Assembly (NCBI GenBank): GCA_051362555.1
Contig: CM120640.1
Span: 56,894,788 to 56,958,787 of the forward strand
Direction: 5' to 3'
Source of the DNA: Lingula anatina
Taxonomy: Eukaryota > Animalia > Brachiopoda
Length of the DNA stretch: 64,000 nucleotides
Shown: positions 40,078-54,265 of the stretch, in pieces
Layout of the letters: every line of letters starts with the position of its first letter
Numbering within the stretch: the first letter of the stretch is position 1
Program-made: the position numbers and the translations under genes
The notes under the pieces: model-generated
Database searches by the model: none
What the model was told of the DNA's origin: nothing
The model's input: the letters and a program-made list of their open reading frames with translations, nothing else

Positions 40078-43000
40078 CTCATCTAGTTTGTAAATCTGCA
40101 GCAAGGATATATGCAATTTAAATTCCATTTCTTCCAACCTCTATCTGAGCATTATAATTCTTTTGACTTTCCATCTCTTTTTACATAGTTTATAAATTTT
40201 GACCAAAACAAAACATTACAATTTCTGTCTAGCCAGCATATTATTCCTTTTTTAAAGAATAAGTCTGAGAAAAACACTGCATAGTGTATATAGTAATTAA
40301 GAAAAAAATTGTTCCTTGCAAAATAACAAGTAAAATTTGTCAGTGCCAAGAAACCACAATCAATTGTAACAGAAGAATGCCATTGAAACAGCTCTTAAAT
40401 ATTACAGCTTAATCAATACACAGCTCCCAACTATCAAATCAAATAAACAATTGGTCTCTAATGGATGAAGCATTCAGTTCTCATTTTGCACAATGAATGA
40501 ACCACGGCCTATGTACAGCCTTCCAGTGTTATAATGAATGGTGGAAAGCATTATTACTGACAGTTCTACTATGTCTTATGACATATCAGTGCTGTCCTTT
40601 AAGAACAAGTCCCCTGCCAACCACACCAAAGTCCATTAATTTCTAACAGAACACAATGGGGACCTTGATGGTCCATTCCTGTTGTTTTCTCTTTGTTTTT
40701 CATCCAGGTGACTACCAGATCATATGTTGTTATATTCACTGTCTAGAACACACAGAGCAGGGGAAGTTGCCCTTTAAAAGCTGTCACTTTCAAAAAATAC
40801 ACAACTTCTGTACTACATTTGTAGATCTCTTATTTTCCCATAAAAAAATAACGATTTAACAAAATACTATGACTTAATCTAAAAAAATTTTTGAAATTTT
40901 TTAATTTGAAAGCTTTTTTTGTTGAAATATAGAAGTAAAAGCAATGCTAATACTGTTCCTAACTCTCATGTCCATATGATAAAATACATTAAAAGTAACC
41001 TAACTAATTTCTCCAGTCATTTGCACCATTTTATAATCTCTAGTACAGGGCAGCCTGACTGCAGGCACTGACACATGAGTGTATACATTAAAACACACAC
41101 AGTGAGTGGATAAATTGACATTACTCAAGCCCCACAAACTTTCAGGTGAGAAAATAACTTGAAAGCCTTAGATCAATGATAAGATTGCATGTTTAATTTA
41201 AGCGCCAATTATCGATTATTAAGCAAAATGTATAAGGAATCACTGGGGAAAGGTGTGATTGCTGCAGTCAACCCGAAAGGCCAGTGCACAGTTCAGTGAT
41301 AAGGACTAGTAGCAATATACCAGTATGTGGTAATCAATGGTAAAAACAGTTTTAAAAAAAGGAAAAAAATTGACTCAGCAGTAGCAAAGAGATATACACT
41401 CCTACCCCTCTCTCTTACAATGCTAGGCTCAAAATTTTATAAACATTGACGATGCCCGTACTAGTACAGCAAGCCACCTGTATTAATTAAATGTCAGATC
41501 AATAAAGGATAATAATTGTGAAAAATATCTCTATGATCTCCAAGACCACTGAACACCACACTGATGCCCTTTCATTCTTTCAAATATAAGGTTGACTAAA
41601 TAAAATTGTAAAATGTATTACTGGAAGTTAGATCTTGATCAAAATCTAAATGTAAGTTATTATATATTATATCACATTAAATTAATAAGGGGCATAACGT
41701 CAGATTTATATAAAAAAAGGTCTCAGTACACATATAATACAATTGTTGTTTCTCCCAATAAATTGTAAGAAAGAAGTTTTTAAATACAACTTGATGTGAA
41801 AGAGATTTGTCAGATGGTTGTAAACAACAACCTTATTTGCAAAACATTTGACACAAATGCACTTTCAAGTTGCACCATGAAGCAACCTCTACCTCTTTCC
41901 ACTAACCAGCTTGATGTTTTTTCACATAGATAAAATCATATAAAATTGCATCAGAACAAACTAACATTTGCTTTTCACAGAACCATCAATTCTTAGAATT
42001 CTTACAAATAGTACACCTTAAAACTGAAACAGGAGATAACAGACCTGACTAAATGAAATGTATTCTTTAAGTCTATGATAAACAATAAAAAATATAGAAA
42101 TCAACAGTACTAAATAACCAAAGATTTAACATGATGTACACACCTACATACACTATAAACTATATGTTACCAAACTGGCACTCATGGGAGAAGCCTACCA
42201 CCAACAACCACCACCCAATGTTTGCAGTATGCAGTCCTTCAGAATACAACAAACCTGTGTTTTTTTGTAAGTTTTAAGCTGTACCAGATTGACTTCTTCC
42301 TTGCATGTGATGTGGCCTGCAATATAACAATACTTGTATTATCCTGTGTATTTAAATAAACAACGCAGAGCTGTAGTGCTTAGTCTGTGATAATATAACA
42401 ATACCTGCAGACACAATGTAGACTGGTATCAACTGACACCCTTTATTACATGACAATGTGCCACAGTCACTGCGCACTGCACGGCTATTCAGCTTGATGC
42501 AAAAGGTAAAAGTTTTTCCTTTTTTAACCTACTCTATGGAAATTAAAATTTGCTCCAAAAGGAAAAATGCAAAACAAATGCTGTGTTACTGTGATGAATG
42601 ATTGTGATGCTGAAACTATGCTACGTACCTTTCATGCACTGAGCCAGTCAAATGACAGTAGACACAATAGCTTACAAAATTTGATGAATCTTTTTGTTCG
42701 GACAACAAGGCTGATCTAACATAAAACTTGGCAATGCCATTTCAGTCGTCAGTCCCTTGACTGGATGATATGTTAGCAGGGAGGAATATACACACTGCTA
42801 TTATATTGGAAAACAATAGATGACAAGGAAAAGAATTTTTGCCAAGACAAAAGATGAGCCACAAAAAGGGAACTAGATTGCTGCTGCTTTGAAAATTACA
42901 ATGACATTTCTACACAAATGAGTTGATCTTGCACATCAACCGTAGTGTTTTTCTTTACCTACAATAATACACCTGTATTTCTAAATAATAAAGTGATGAA

Positions 43001-43412
43001 AAAATTAGCCATGTTTTTACATCCCTATGAAATAGTTTTCAATTTCTTTGTCTGCTAGTGAGCCTCACGTAAGAACACTTGAGATCAAAACTGACATCTG
43101 CATCTCACCTTTGAGAACAAACAGGAGGAAAGGTATTTTCTACATTTTTTAAAAACCAACAAGATAGATACCTTTTCTGTTACTATAATAGTAAGTTCAC
43201 TAGTGCCAGTGATGAATAATCATCAACAAATATGCCTGACAAAATGACAGACAAAATAAGATTGTGTAGACTGCTAATTTTTTTTAATTAGCAAGTGATA
43301 ATCACTTAAGTCCATATAAGAAGATGGTGCCCATGAAACTACAGTAATCTTGACCAACCCATCAAAATTTTCTGCCAACAAAAGGTTCATTTAGGATCAT
43401 TTGAATAGGATT

Positions 43413-43808
43413 TCTTAAGATATTTTCTGAATTAACCCATGATGCTCTATTTTAGTACTGAAAAAACACTTTTAATAGTAAAACACATCCAATTTTACAA
43501 AAGGAAGTTTTAGGAAAAACTAGACGAAAATAGTAATATGCAGTAATGATGGTGTAGGTATAAAGGTTTTTGTAACAAAAAAAGGCCATAAACTTTTTAG
43601 TTTTTTTTTTTTATCTTAAGATGCTTTCTGAATTAACCCATGATGCTCTATTTTAGTACTGAAGAAACACTTTTAATAGTAAAACACATCCAATTTTACA
43701 AAAGGAAGTTTTAGGAAAAACTAGACGAAAATAGTAATATGCAGTAATGATGGTGTAGGTATAAAGGTTTTTGTAACAAAAAAAGGCCATAAACTTTTTA
43801 GTTTTTTT
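43413..43808. repeat. Near-identical ~200-bp tandem duplication
   Basis: Unit tcttaagat...aaactttttagttttttt starts at 43413 and again at 43614. Confidence 0.95.
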
Positions 43809-46800
43809 AATTGATAGAAAACTACCAATTGTTATCTGAGAAATAACAGGTGTAATACAATCACTCATCTGTCATCTTCTTATCTGTTCTCAAGCACCAA
43901 TGTAAATATAGATAAGAACAGATGTAAAGGGTTTAAAATAAGCCCCCCAAAATAAGTAATTGATGTCAACAATTTGCACTTCACAATAGTGGTGCATGCA
44001 GAGAAATACTTGCCACTCTCACTTTTCTATTGTCATGGAATCAGACACAAGATAACAAAACAGAAAAAAAGAGCCAAGGAAATAATTCAAGTGAAAGTAG
44101 ACCAATCCTTACTTCGGTATCAATCCAAGCGCACTAACTCAAATTATTATTACAGAGAGAGGACAGTATTACATACTTTGCAGTGTTGTTTTTAGTTTCT
44201 TGAAACAAATTATATGTTAAATATATAACAACTCATTCTAAAATATTGGTGGATGTATCTCTAGAATAATCTCTTTCTGATTGTGATTATGATCCGCTTC
44301 ATCTCTGCAATGAATTCCCACACAACAAGGCCGCCCTTAGCTCAATTAGTTCTCACACTTATGAATATCAACGCTGATGTACAGCAAAAGGGCCTGAACT
44401 TCATTGATATCAAGTATGGGAAACAGCAACACTGCTGATAATATTGTCTTCTATCAAACTATTTGTGTTTCCACCTGATGATTAATTATTTTCTCATTGC
44501 AGGTCGCAGGCCTGACAATGCAAGGGTCAGGTGAGGGGAGCAGCGCCATGGGGACCGCTCACAGATTACTGCTTGGCAAAATTAAACATAACTATCACTA
44601 ATACAATAACCATCTATTGTATTATCAGCAGTTGTTTTCTGATGGCAAAGAGAAACTGAATGAATGAGGCACTAACCCAGTGACACATCTTACTTAATGA
44701 ACTCGCTGACCATGAACTAATAATGTGAAGTTCTTCCAACCAGAAAGCAGATGTTTGAGTGCCCAAGTTGTGTAGAGAGAGCATGCTGAAAGAGAACAAA
44801 CTGATTATGATGCAGCTGTCTCAGGTTGCATAACAACAGAGATATAAGACTCATCAGCTCATATTTCATATATGTATGAACAGAAAATATCAAAGTCATT
44901 CATTCAGACACCATATTTTACCTGTTTTTCCACCTCGAGGACTGACTGGTGACAAATCACTCTTTGACCAAAAGAAGGGCAGAGTCTTCCATGAGCACCT
45001 TAACAATAGGCTAGACTGTTACATGACACTTAGATACTCCCACATAATTAACACTGTAAATTGTATGAATAATTAATTGATTTCAACTCCATAAAACTAT
45101 TCTGCATATGCCAGCACCAGCAGTTGACTAAATCTACTTTGTTCTATGTATTAAATTATTGAACACTGACCTCTGTTCACCAGTTATTATTTTTACAATT
45201 AGACTGTAACAGTACAACTTTTTCAGGATACCCAGGAACTGGACATTGGTTTAATGTTCAGTTTACATGCAATAATAAAAAAGTTATGCCTCAGTTAATA
45301 GTGAAGTATCAAATCTTTCAATGAACTGAAAATTTCAATGCTATGTAAGTTCAGCAATTCAAGAGGTGTTTGTCATGTATCATATTATGCACATTTGGTA
45401 TTTATCTCTTACTACAGAGTTAGCCTACCTGCAATTATTTTTAAGATGCTGCAACCCAGCATACCTGTAAAGAACCAGACTAACAAGAGGGCAATAATCA
45501 CTGGCACTGTACAATTTAATTGAAGGCACCCTGTTTACATCATATTCTCTCCAGATGTTACACAGCATTGCATTATGCTATTTAAATAATGCCTCCATGA
45601 TCAAAACATGAAAAAAACGATTCCCTAAAATTGCTGCATATTATATACCACCATAGACAATTCTACAAAAACAAAAACAACAACACAAGTTGGATTATTC
45701 TTTAAATCAACAAATTTTAACTATTTCAGTACATTCTTTAGGTAAGATTTGAGTCACAACACAACCATCATTTCAAATAGCATGAATTTATTGAATATCT
45801 CTTCAAGGTCTTTTACAACTTTTATCAAAACATATTAAAACAATTAGGTATTACCCATATTCATTTCTTTGTTGGAATATAAGTAAAAACATGAGAGTTA
45901 TTGCTAGGTCCATGTCATGAAAAAATAAGACTAATATAAAATGTATTTCAAGGACCCTCAAATGAAGACCCTGTATTACATTTTAAATTATCTTTGGAAA
46001 AAAATTCTATAGAAGTGGTTTAGGATGTGTGCATAATTTAACAATTAAAAAGCCACATGTATGTGCTGGTGCAGTTATTATACATTCTTCTCATTTACAA
46101 AGAGAAATATTAGCATCAAAAGAGAAGAAACATGACGATAGTACACTATCCTTCAAAGTTGATCAATCAAGCTCTAATCTTATTGATAATGCATTCAAGA
46201 GCTGCTGTCATTTTTCTTCCTCTGGGTCCCCCCAAAACCATTTAATTTGGCTCATAATATACTTTCTTTAGAATTCTAAGAAAAAAACCAATCAATGCTG
46301 AACTTGTTCTTGGTTTGTCAAACTACAGTTCACTGCATGCAATTTATCATCTTGTGATGAACTTTTATCATTTAAACAATATTTAATCTCCAGAGCAGTA
46401 CTTCTTACTCATCCTTTCATTTCACTTTTTCTATTTAGAAGCTAAAACAAACAACAATCAGTACCATTGCTTCACTATAACTGGGGGATAAAAATAAAAA
46501 AGTGTCATTTGTTTGTTTATGACATCAATAAATCTATTGATATGATCAGATGAGGCCCGAAAATTGTACTTTAGTCCTTCTTCAAGATACTACACAAACA
46601 TTTACTTCCTGTCGGTTTTATCGATTCTTGTCTGAAAGTTTAGCGATGACAATAATCACCGGATATTGACTGATAGCTACAATGACCCAAACAGTAAGAT
46701 TAAGACAGAGGATTCACTGTGGCAGAGTTCCTCTGATCACAAGGTCAGCTTGGCTCCACAGAGAGGAGAATGAAGAATCACTTTTGCACAGAGGTCGCAA

Positions 46801-48133
46801 AAGGCTTAAATTTTTTAATATTTTCCTTTCAAATGTGATGGTTCTTCTGGGATGTAGATTTGAATGTACATTTGAATGTTGCACACAGTCAAACATAGGT
46901 CAGACCTGTTTGATTTTGTAGCTGTGCTAAAAATGAATAAGGGTTACTACAGAGTTTCAGCCATTTGCACAAATACTATAAAAATACAAGGCACAAAAAA
47001 TGTCTTTAAATTCACTTTCCAACAGAAAAGAGTTCTTTAACATTCATGCTATGCACATTCATGCTATGCACAAATTTTCTATCTTTGCAACATTTTTCTT
47101 AGAAGATACGTTTGCATGTATCTGTTCATATGATTTTTTTTATTTGCCAAAAGAAAATTTTATAATACAAATGAAAAATATATTTCAAAACACAAGCTAC
47201 AGAACAATACTTAACAAAGAAGTCAGGCAGGTATTCTTCACCATATCTTTATTTCAAAAATGTTATCAGCCTAAGGGTCTCATCTTTTTGTCACTGTCTT
47301 TTTGTATGTTCTAAATTTCATAAATGTGTGCAATAGAATTAAAACCATTTTAGTATGTTCCACAGATCAAAGTGAATTTTTGAGATGGTATTTTTGCAGT
47401 ATCCTATAAGTCTATGTAAAAAAATTTTAAAAGAATAAATACACATGCATACTCTTAATGTACCTTTAAAAGAAACTTGTCTAGTCTTGCTGGTAAAGAC
47501 TGCCACCAATGCCTGCAACTGGGGGAAAACAAGTGCTGAAATAAATATAAAACGTATGATTTACAGTAAAAAATGAGGAAATTCATTCTGAAGCTGGAGA
47601 TATGTCCTCTGGGAGGACCGAACACGTTTACAATTGAGCAAAAATTAAAATATAAATTATACCTAGTCAAATCTTTAATTTTTGTTTTGCTGGATAACAT
47701 GAAATAAGTGAGAAAAACTTGAAATTCAAAGACTTTGTTTTGCTTTGTACCTTTAAAAAACACTTTCATATGAATACAGTGATCAATTATTTACCAACAA
47801 GACTAATGATAGCTATTTTTCCATACAAAATGTCAATGATGTTCTTTATGTTTAAAAGATAAAAAAAACTAAGACATGAGTAGCAATCAGCACTTATCCA
47901 CTTATCCAGTCCATGACACGTCCTGAATGTCACTGTCATTATAAGGTATCATATTACAGATAGATACTCAGAAAATGAAGACAGGTAGACAATAAAAATT
48001 AATAATTAAGATAATCAACAATTTTTAAAGTTAACAAAATAGCAAAGAAAATGTCAATCAAAACAGCAAACTTTCAATCTTTATATACAACATTAAATAC
48101 AATCTGTAATTTCTACTTGACCTTTTAGCTTAC

Positions 48134-48250
48134 TTTCTCTAGTACAGCTAGTCCAATGAGAATTGTCGTCTTCTGTCCTGCCTTCTGTCCTCCTGTCACA
48201 CCTGCATCTGTCGAGTCCTGTCAACCAACAAACTTATATACACAATCTTA
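48134..48250 (-). other. Candidate distal first or 5' UTR exon of SoxD
   Basis: Purine-rich minus-strand stretch ending at donor AAA|gtaagc (48134). It is preceded by a TATATAAG-like element and a possible acceptor tttgttggttgacag. Confidence 0.3.
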
Positions 48251-50379
48251 TATTATCAAAGTCAGTTTCAGTTCTCCACAGATACAATAACCTCATACGT
48301 GGTTACTTTAAATACAACCTTATCTAACTTTTCACCAAGGACTACAATGTTATCGCCAGCCAAAGAGTGGCCCAATTCTTTGCTTTGCAAAACAATATAC
48401 TGATTGTTCCAGGTGTGTGGAAACAGAGTTATTTGTTCTTGATAGCAAAATGAAAGATTTATAAATTCTCGGTTTCATGAATGGGAGCCAACAAAACATG
48501 GTGGGCAGCAACTTAATTTTGTACCATCAAACAAAAGGCATTAATCGGGAACGTTGTTGCTGTCTTAAGAAGGGAAGGAATTTATTACTAAGCCCAGACA
48601 ACTTCAATTATGTGGTATTGTTATACACAATCCAAATCTATACATTAGTAATGAGTTCTGCATTGAGTTTATCACCAAGTGATGGCTTTATCAGGAAGTG
48701 CTTATGGCTGGATCTGTGGGGACTAACCTGCCATTTCCTTGCAGCTTCTACAGGTGACTGCAAACTAATTATTTTTACTATCATTATCCAATTAGGACCA
48801 ACTACATTCATGAAAAGCTTTCTAAAGTTTTTTCTCCTTTTACTCCTAAGTGAATGTTATCCCCTTTTGATATTCATAAATCCACTCCTCTATCACTACA
48901 ACATTGCCAAGTAACAGGGGATATTTCTAAAGTATTCTTATCAATTGTTAGAAGTGTTCATTTAACCCACTGTGTTAGAAGTGATGCATCCCATTGATGT
49001 GTTAGGTGTACACCCTTCACGTCTCAATTTCACTAAAATGTTGCTAAACCACAGGAATGAGAACATTAAATGCATAAAATGAGGACTCCTCCACTGGCCT
49101 GAATTGTCCATTTTGCAAAATTGGTTAGTTCTTCTCCTCATCATACATTACATAAAATTATATTGTCAAACACCATTTTATGAAATATTGTATCTTGTAT
49201 CCCCTCATTCTCCTTCCAGCATGACTTGTTGACCCAAGTTCGATCTACTTCAAATTTCTGGTTACGTCATTTTTATGCAATAATATAAACCATACCCCAT
49301 ACATCTGCACCTCAACATCAAGTTGAAGGAACCATTTTGTCAAATTATTCTGAGACAGTTTTTCACAACAGTTTACCACGTATTTATAAAGGACAGGCCT
49401 TTTGGTATTTTCTTTTCTTGCCTGAAATATGTCATGACTGTCACACCTCTTTCACTTACTAGTTATAAGCCTGTTTTGAAAATGGGACACATCTTGTAAG
49501 CTGCATGTAAGCTCAACTGTCACTGCCATTTATGTATCTTAAAATCTCATCAGAAATATATAAACAGTAAAGGCTTATCTGAAAAAAATTACTGCAGTTA
49601 TAAAATAAAACTGCAGACTGTGCATGTGTTTGCTAGATGCAAATGTATTATCCCACAAACTGAATAGCTGCACTAAGACAACTACATTTCCATTTTCATC
49701 CATACCACTGTTGCTGTACAGAAGAAACAAAAAGGGAAGGCATTTCATAAAATAAGAAAAACAAAACAATTTGAAAGATTTTTCCTAAATTTATGTCTGT
49801 TGAGGAGATAAAATTAATACTTTGAAGCAGTGTAAGAAGTGAAGGTAAGAGGTAATGTAATACTTGTACATTTTGTACAACATATATAGTTTTCCTTCAC
49901 TGATTGGAAGTGGGTTTCAAGATAACTTCAACTTCTTCCATTTGAACTTAACTCCATCTTAAATATGAAAAGAATGTAATTAGTACTACAGGGTGCCTGT
50001 TTCCCAGAATGTTGACCTGACTAAAAAAAACTGAATCAATATACTGTCAAGCATTACACAGTGTAGTAATAATTATCTAATAACAAATATATACCAGTAC
50101 CAATCCACACTCTCCATCTGTCCTTTGTTTTTGACAGGAGGAATGGAAGTTATCATGGAGAATGTGAATTTATACAGGCAGGCTGGAGTTACATGTACAT
50201 GTACTTCTGCATCTTTATTTTTTAACTTACTAGTAAAGGCATAAAATATAGTATGGACTAAAATATATTGTACTTTATTGTAAACATAATACACCATGGA
50301 AGTGATGATTATGTGCGATATAGATGAACGTTCATATAATAAATACAAGAATAAATGGGTACAAAAAAGACTAACACTA

Positions 50380-50848
50380 CCGATATAGATCTTAAAAACA
50401 GTAAAAGCATCAGTCCTGTTTTTATAGCAACAATATAGGCTTCTACTATACGTAGTATATACTGTTTACGGTCTAATAATTTAAGATTTTACTACCCAAT
50501 GCATTGTGTTTCCGATATCCTGAGTTCAGTAACATGACCATAAAGCTACAGTTGGTTTTAATTTTAAATCCGACGCCAGAACTTGGAAAGCCCAAGTAGC
50601 ACAAGCTTTTCCAGCATCACATCCGTAGGCTGGCAGTTTATATAGTCTCTACTTCTTCCCATCAATATCTAGTTTTTAGCAGATAAATTGATTATTAAAA
50701 TTTAAATGTAATTATTTTATGACCCACTAACATAAAATTTGGCGCAGTGCATGAGAGGACGAAATCCTATATTTCCAGTGTAGCATTACTGAAAAACCAC
50801 GTGTCTTTGTTGTGGTTTGGGGGGAACTTGAATCGAGATTACTTTAAA
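50380..50848. promoter_or_regulatory. BCAT promoter region (locally CpG-retaining), possibly bidirectional
   Basis: Visibly more CpG than the flanks. E-box CACGTG near 50798. YY1-type AAAATGGCG overlaps the BCAT start codon. Confidence 0.55.
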
Positions 50849-50893
50849 ATGGCGACTGTCAACAAGGTCATGCTGAAAAGGATCCGAGATTTC
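50849..50893 (+). CDS. BCAT: Branched-chain amino acid aminotransferase exon 1 (MATVNKVMLKRIRDF; mitochondrial-type leader)
   Basis: Good Kozak context aaaATGG, donor TTC|gtaagt, phase 0, in frame with the downstream exons. Confidence 0.8.
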
Positions 50894-51691
50894 GTAAGTA
50901 ATACATTACATGATCAACAACAACAAAATCTTTAAATGCATGTTAATTATTTTATGATATTGACTTTGGTTTTGTATGTCCACGTGATAAAACGCAGTAT
51001 TAATTGCGTTTTTACATGTCCAAATCAATTACCACGGTGGTTTACCGCTTCTTCAAGTTCTTGACCAGTGAAGGTTTCTTGATCAACAAAAAACAGTTAT
51101 TGTAAGAACTGGTGCCTGTCCACTACCTTCTACCAGGGCCAAAAATTGATTTTTACTAGATAGTTACTGATATGTCACTGGTTAATTCATGGCACATTTT
51201 TGCACTGTGTGGTAGAGAAAAGTGCACATAATTAATCTGGAGCCTTGGGGAGAGACACCTGTCTACTCTAATGACGTTTTAACTTTTGTGATAGACCAGG
51301 AAAATGACCTTATTAACTGAGAAAAACTGGGGTGACAGTGAAAGTTACGTTTTCGTTATGGATGTAAAACTGCGAAATGGCAGAATCTTTATATTTATGA
51401 TGCAAAACATATTAATGTTGCTATTATTACGTTTTATTAAAATAAATTGAGTTTAATTACTTATGAAACAATACTTCCAACATGTAGATCGATGGACTTA
51501 GATAATCAAAAAAGGTTTCAAATTTTAATTTTGTTTTCACCTAAATTATTCTAACTATTTTACATATTTATTATTTGGAAGTAGCATTTAAATGTATATA
51601 TTGACCTACTTACACATATATAGGAATGAATTCATTACCTTCTTTCACATACCTACAACATTTGCAACTTTCATAATAATTTATATTCCAG

Positions 51692-51772
51692 ACCTCATTA
51701 TGTCGCCCTTTGAAACATTGTGGAAATATAAACATAGTCAGATGTCTTTCAGCTTCCTCGAGCACTTTCAAG
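51692..51772 (+). CDS. BCAT: BCAT exon 2 (TSLCRPLKHCGNINIVRCLSASSSTFK)
   Basis: Acceptor ttatattccag, donor AAG|gtgagc, 81 nt. The end resembles the ASSSFK at the mature N-terminus of mammalian BCAT2. Confidence 0.85.
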
Positions 51773-52230
51773 GTGAGCCTGAGTCTGATTAATTCTCATA
51801 CATACATGTACATGGGTCTCTGTAGTCACAGTTAACATTAAAGCTGGTGCCCTACTCTTTTAAAGTTATTATTATTACTAGCATTTGTGTATGTGCAGTA
51901 GTGCTGATTACCAATTTTTCTTTTTCAATCTTGGCAATCCTAGCTTATTTTGTCCAAAGCCCCTCTCAAAAAGGAAAAATTAACAGAAATTTTAGGATGA
52001 TATTATGTTTGAACCAACAGAATCTGCTTTAAGAAATTTATTTTAATTTAATGACAAAGTTACAAAGCTGTTTTACTACTTGATAATAGTTGATTTAGAG
52101 AGGAGGATTGATTTATCAGAAATCATTTCATGTTCCATATAAAGACTTTGTTAGTAATTTAGATATGAATTTGAACTTGTTACCCATCAGGATTTCAAGT
52201 TACAATTGTTTGTATTTTAAATATATGTAG

Positions 52231-52431
52231 TATGATGACTTGGAGATTGAACTTTCCAAAACTCTGAGACCTAAGCCTGATCCCAACAGCCTTGTGTTTG
52301 GGAAGGAATTCTCGGACCACATGTTAGAGGTGGAGTGGCACCGTGATTCAGGCTGGGGAAAGCCTAGGATAACCCCCCTCCACAACCTGTCTCTGCACCC
52401 TGGGGCCAAGGCACTTCACTATGCTGTAGAG
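52231..52431 (+). CDS. BCAT: BCAT exon 3 (YDDLEIEL...[16 protein letters not shown]...[15 protein letters not shown])
   Basis: Classic BCAT motifs FG..FSDHML and LHYAVE. Acceptor atgtag, donor GAG|gtaagg, 201 nt. Confidence 0.97.
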
Positions 52432-54023
52432 GTAAGGGATAGTGGTGAAATTGTCTATTCTATTCCATGTAAAAAGAACACCTGTATTAACTGAAAGTTT
52501 CAGCCTAATCCCTGTAATAGGTCAAGGTTTTGTTATTGGCAGGTGAAGGTGAATTGAAGTGAAAAGGAGTTATAATTCTAATTACTATGCTCCACTTTGC
52601 AAAACCCATATAGTGAAATCATTGGGTATTGTTTGTACATGTCACATTGATTAGTTGTTTTTCTTGCATTTGAGTAGACAAACATTGGAAATGCCAAGTG
52701 ATTATCACAGTCACCCTATGAGGTGATTTAAGATAATAGTCTCCCCATGAGGAGGTTTGTTTTTGTGTTCTATGTAATATTTTCATATCAGGGTAAATCC
52801 AGTGGAATCTGGGAAAGCATTTGGTGAGGTGAGGTAAGTAGTAATGTAAATCATCTGAGATAATGTAGAACCAGACTGTGAAACTGAAAATTGTGCAAAA
52901 TTCACTTGAGGCAGGGCATTTCAGCAATAAGGGTGAACCTCTACATGTTAGGAATGTCTTTATTGAAAGAAATAAAGTAGTTGCACTCTAAATTTATATG
53001 TTTAGTTTGGCACTTTTGTGCAATAGACTGTATAATAGAGAACAAACAAAATTATACATGCAATGGATAAATTCTGACAGTTTTAATATTACATTGCCAC
53101 TATACTAGTTGGCTATTATTTATGACCCTACTCTCCTCCAAATCCCATGAAATCTTGCTTGATTTTACATTATTTCAGGAGTCTTTGTGCTATCTCAGAT
53201 GATTCACATTAGCATTGGTTATCTTTCAAATTTTAGGATCTATTATCACAAATGAAGTTTTATCCCCCACAGTAATCAAGGCTGATTGTCCTATGAAGCT
53301 GAATGAAATGCTTGTCATACCCAGAATATTAATGATGTTAATTTGTTTTACAAGTAGATTTTTTGAAGATTTTTAAGAGGAGTTATTTGCTTCAAATTGA
53401 AGTTTATTTTATCCCCACTAATTTGATTTATGAAAAAAGAATCCTATAATTTTTTGATGAAGATAAAAATGAGCATTTCATTTTATGATTCAGGTGGTGA
53501 AGGATTGAAGTGATCGCTGCATCTTTTTATTTCTTTTTAAATTGACTGATGTGTTACAGGGCTGTAGTACTAATTCAAGTAAAGTAGGATAAATAAAATA
53601 TTCAAAGGATAATGTACAGACTGCAGCTTAGAGAAATAGAAGAAAATGTATAGAGACAAACATTTTTAGGATATCTGAGAAAATATGTAGGCAGTGAATT
53701 CTTTTGTAGCACATGTGATCACATTTTGATCAGTACTTTGACAAAGTGTCAAAGTACCGTATGTTGTGTATGAAAGAAAAAGATGCAGGGTTCACTGATA
53801 TTGAATTAGAAAAGAACAAAACCAGGTGATCTGCCGATAAATAAGCTATTTTGTCTGTCACTTCTGTTTGAAATAAGCCTCTTATGTAGGAGCTGTAGTA
53901 ATACGTACATACAATGAAATAATACAAAGATACAGAGTTAACAAGAAAGGAAAACTAATACATTATTCCTGTGGTAATTATATATTGTTTGAGCAAATAC
54001 AAGGATATAACTACACTCTATTA

Positions 54024-54265
54024 GGGACCATTCCCGCAGATATTTGGATCGATCTATCTCCCTGGGGAGTCTCACTAAATTGCTATCAATGTAACCGGCT
54101 TAAATGTCTGTCATGCCTAGTAAAGCTGTTAGGGGGTAATTATCTTTACCCTAGCTGATTCAGTAGGTGTGACAGACATTTTAGCTAGTTAGGTTGATAG
54201 CAATCTAGTGAGATTCCCCAGGGAGTTAGACCGATCGAGATGGATCGATCTAGGCATGGGAACCC
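54024..54265. mobile_element. Harbinger-like palindromic MITE in BCAT intron 3 (same family as 8975-9200)
   Basis: Follows TTA and starts GGGACCATTCCC. ~60-bp internal inverted arms (ccctggggagtctcactaaattgctatcaa... / ...ttgatagcaatctagtgagattccccaggg). Right end degenerate. Confidence 0.8.

Noticed and set aside
20000-50000. Many ACAAT/ATTGT (Sox) and CTTTGAT (TCF) words suggesting autoregulation
   Set aside because: Expected often by chance in AT-rich DNA; enrichment cannot be shown without computation.
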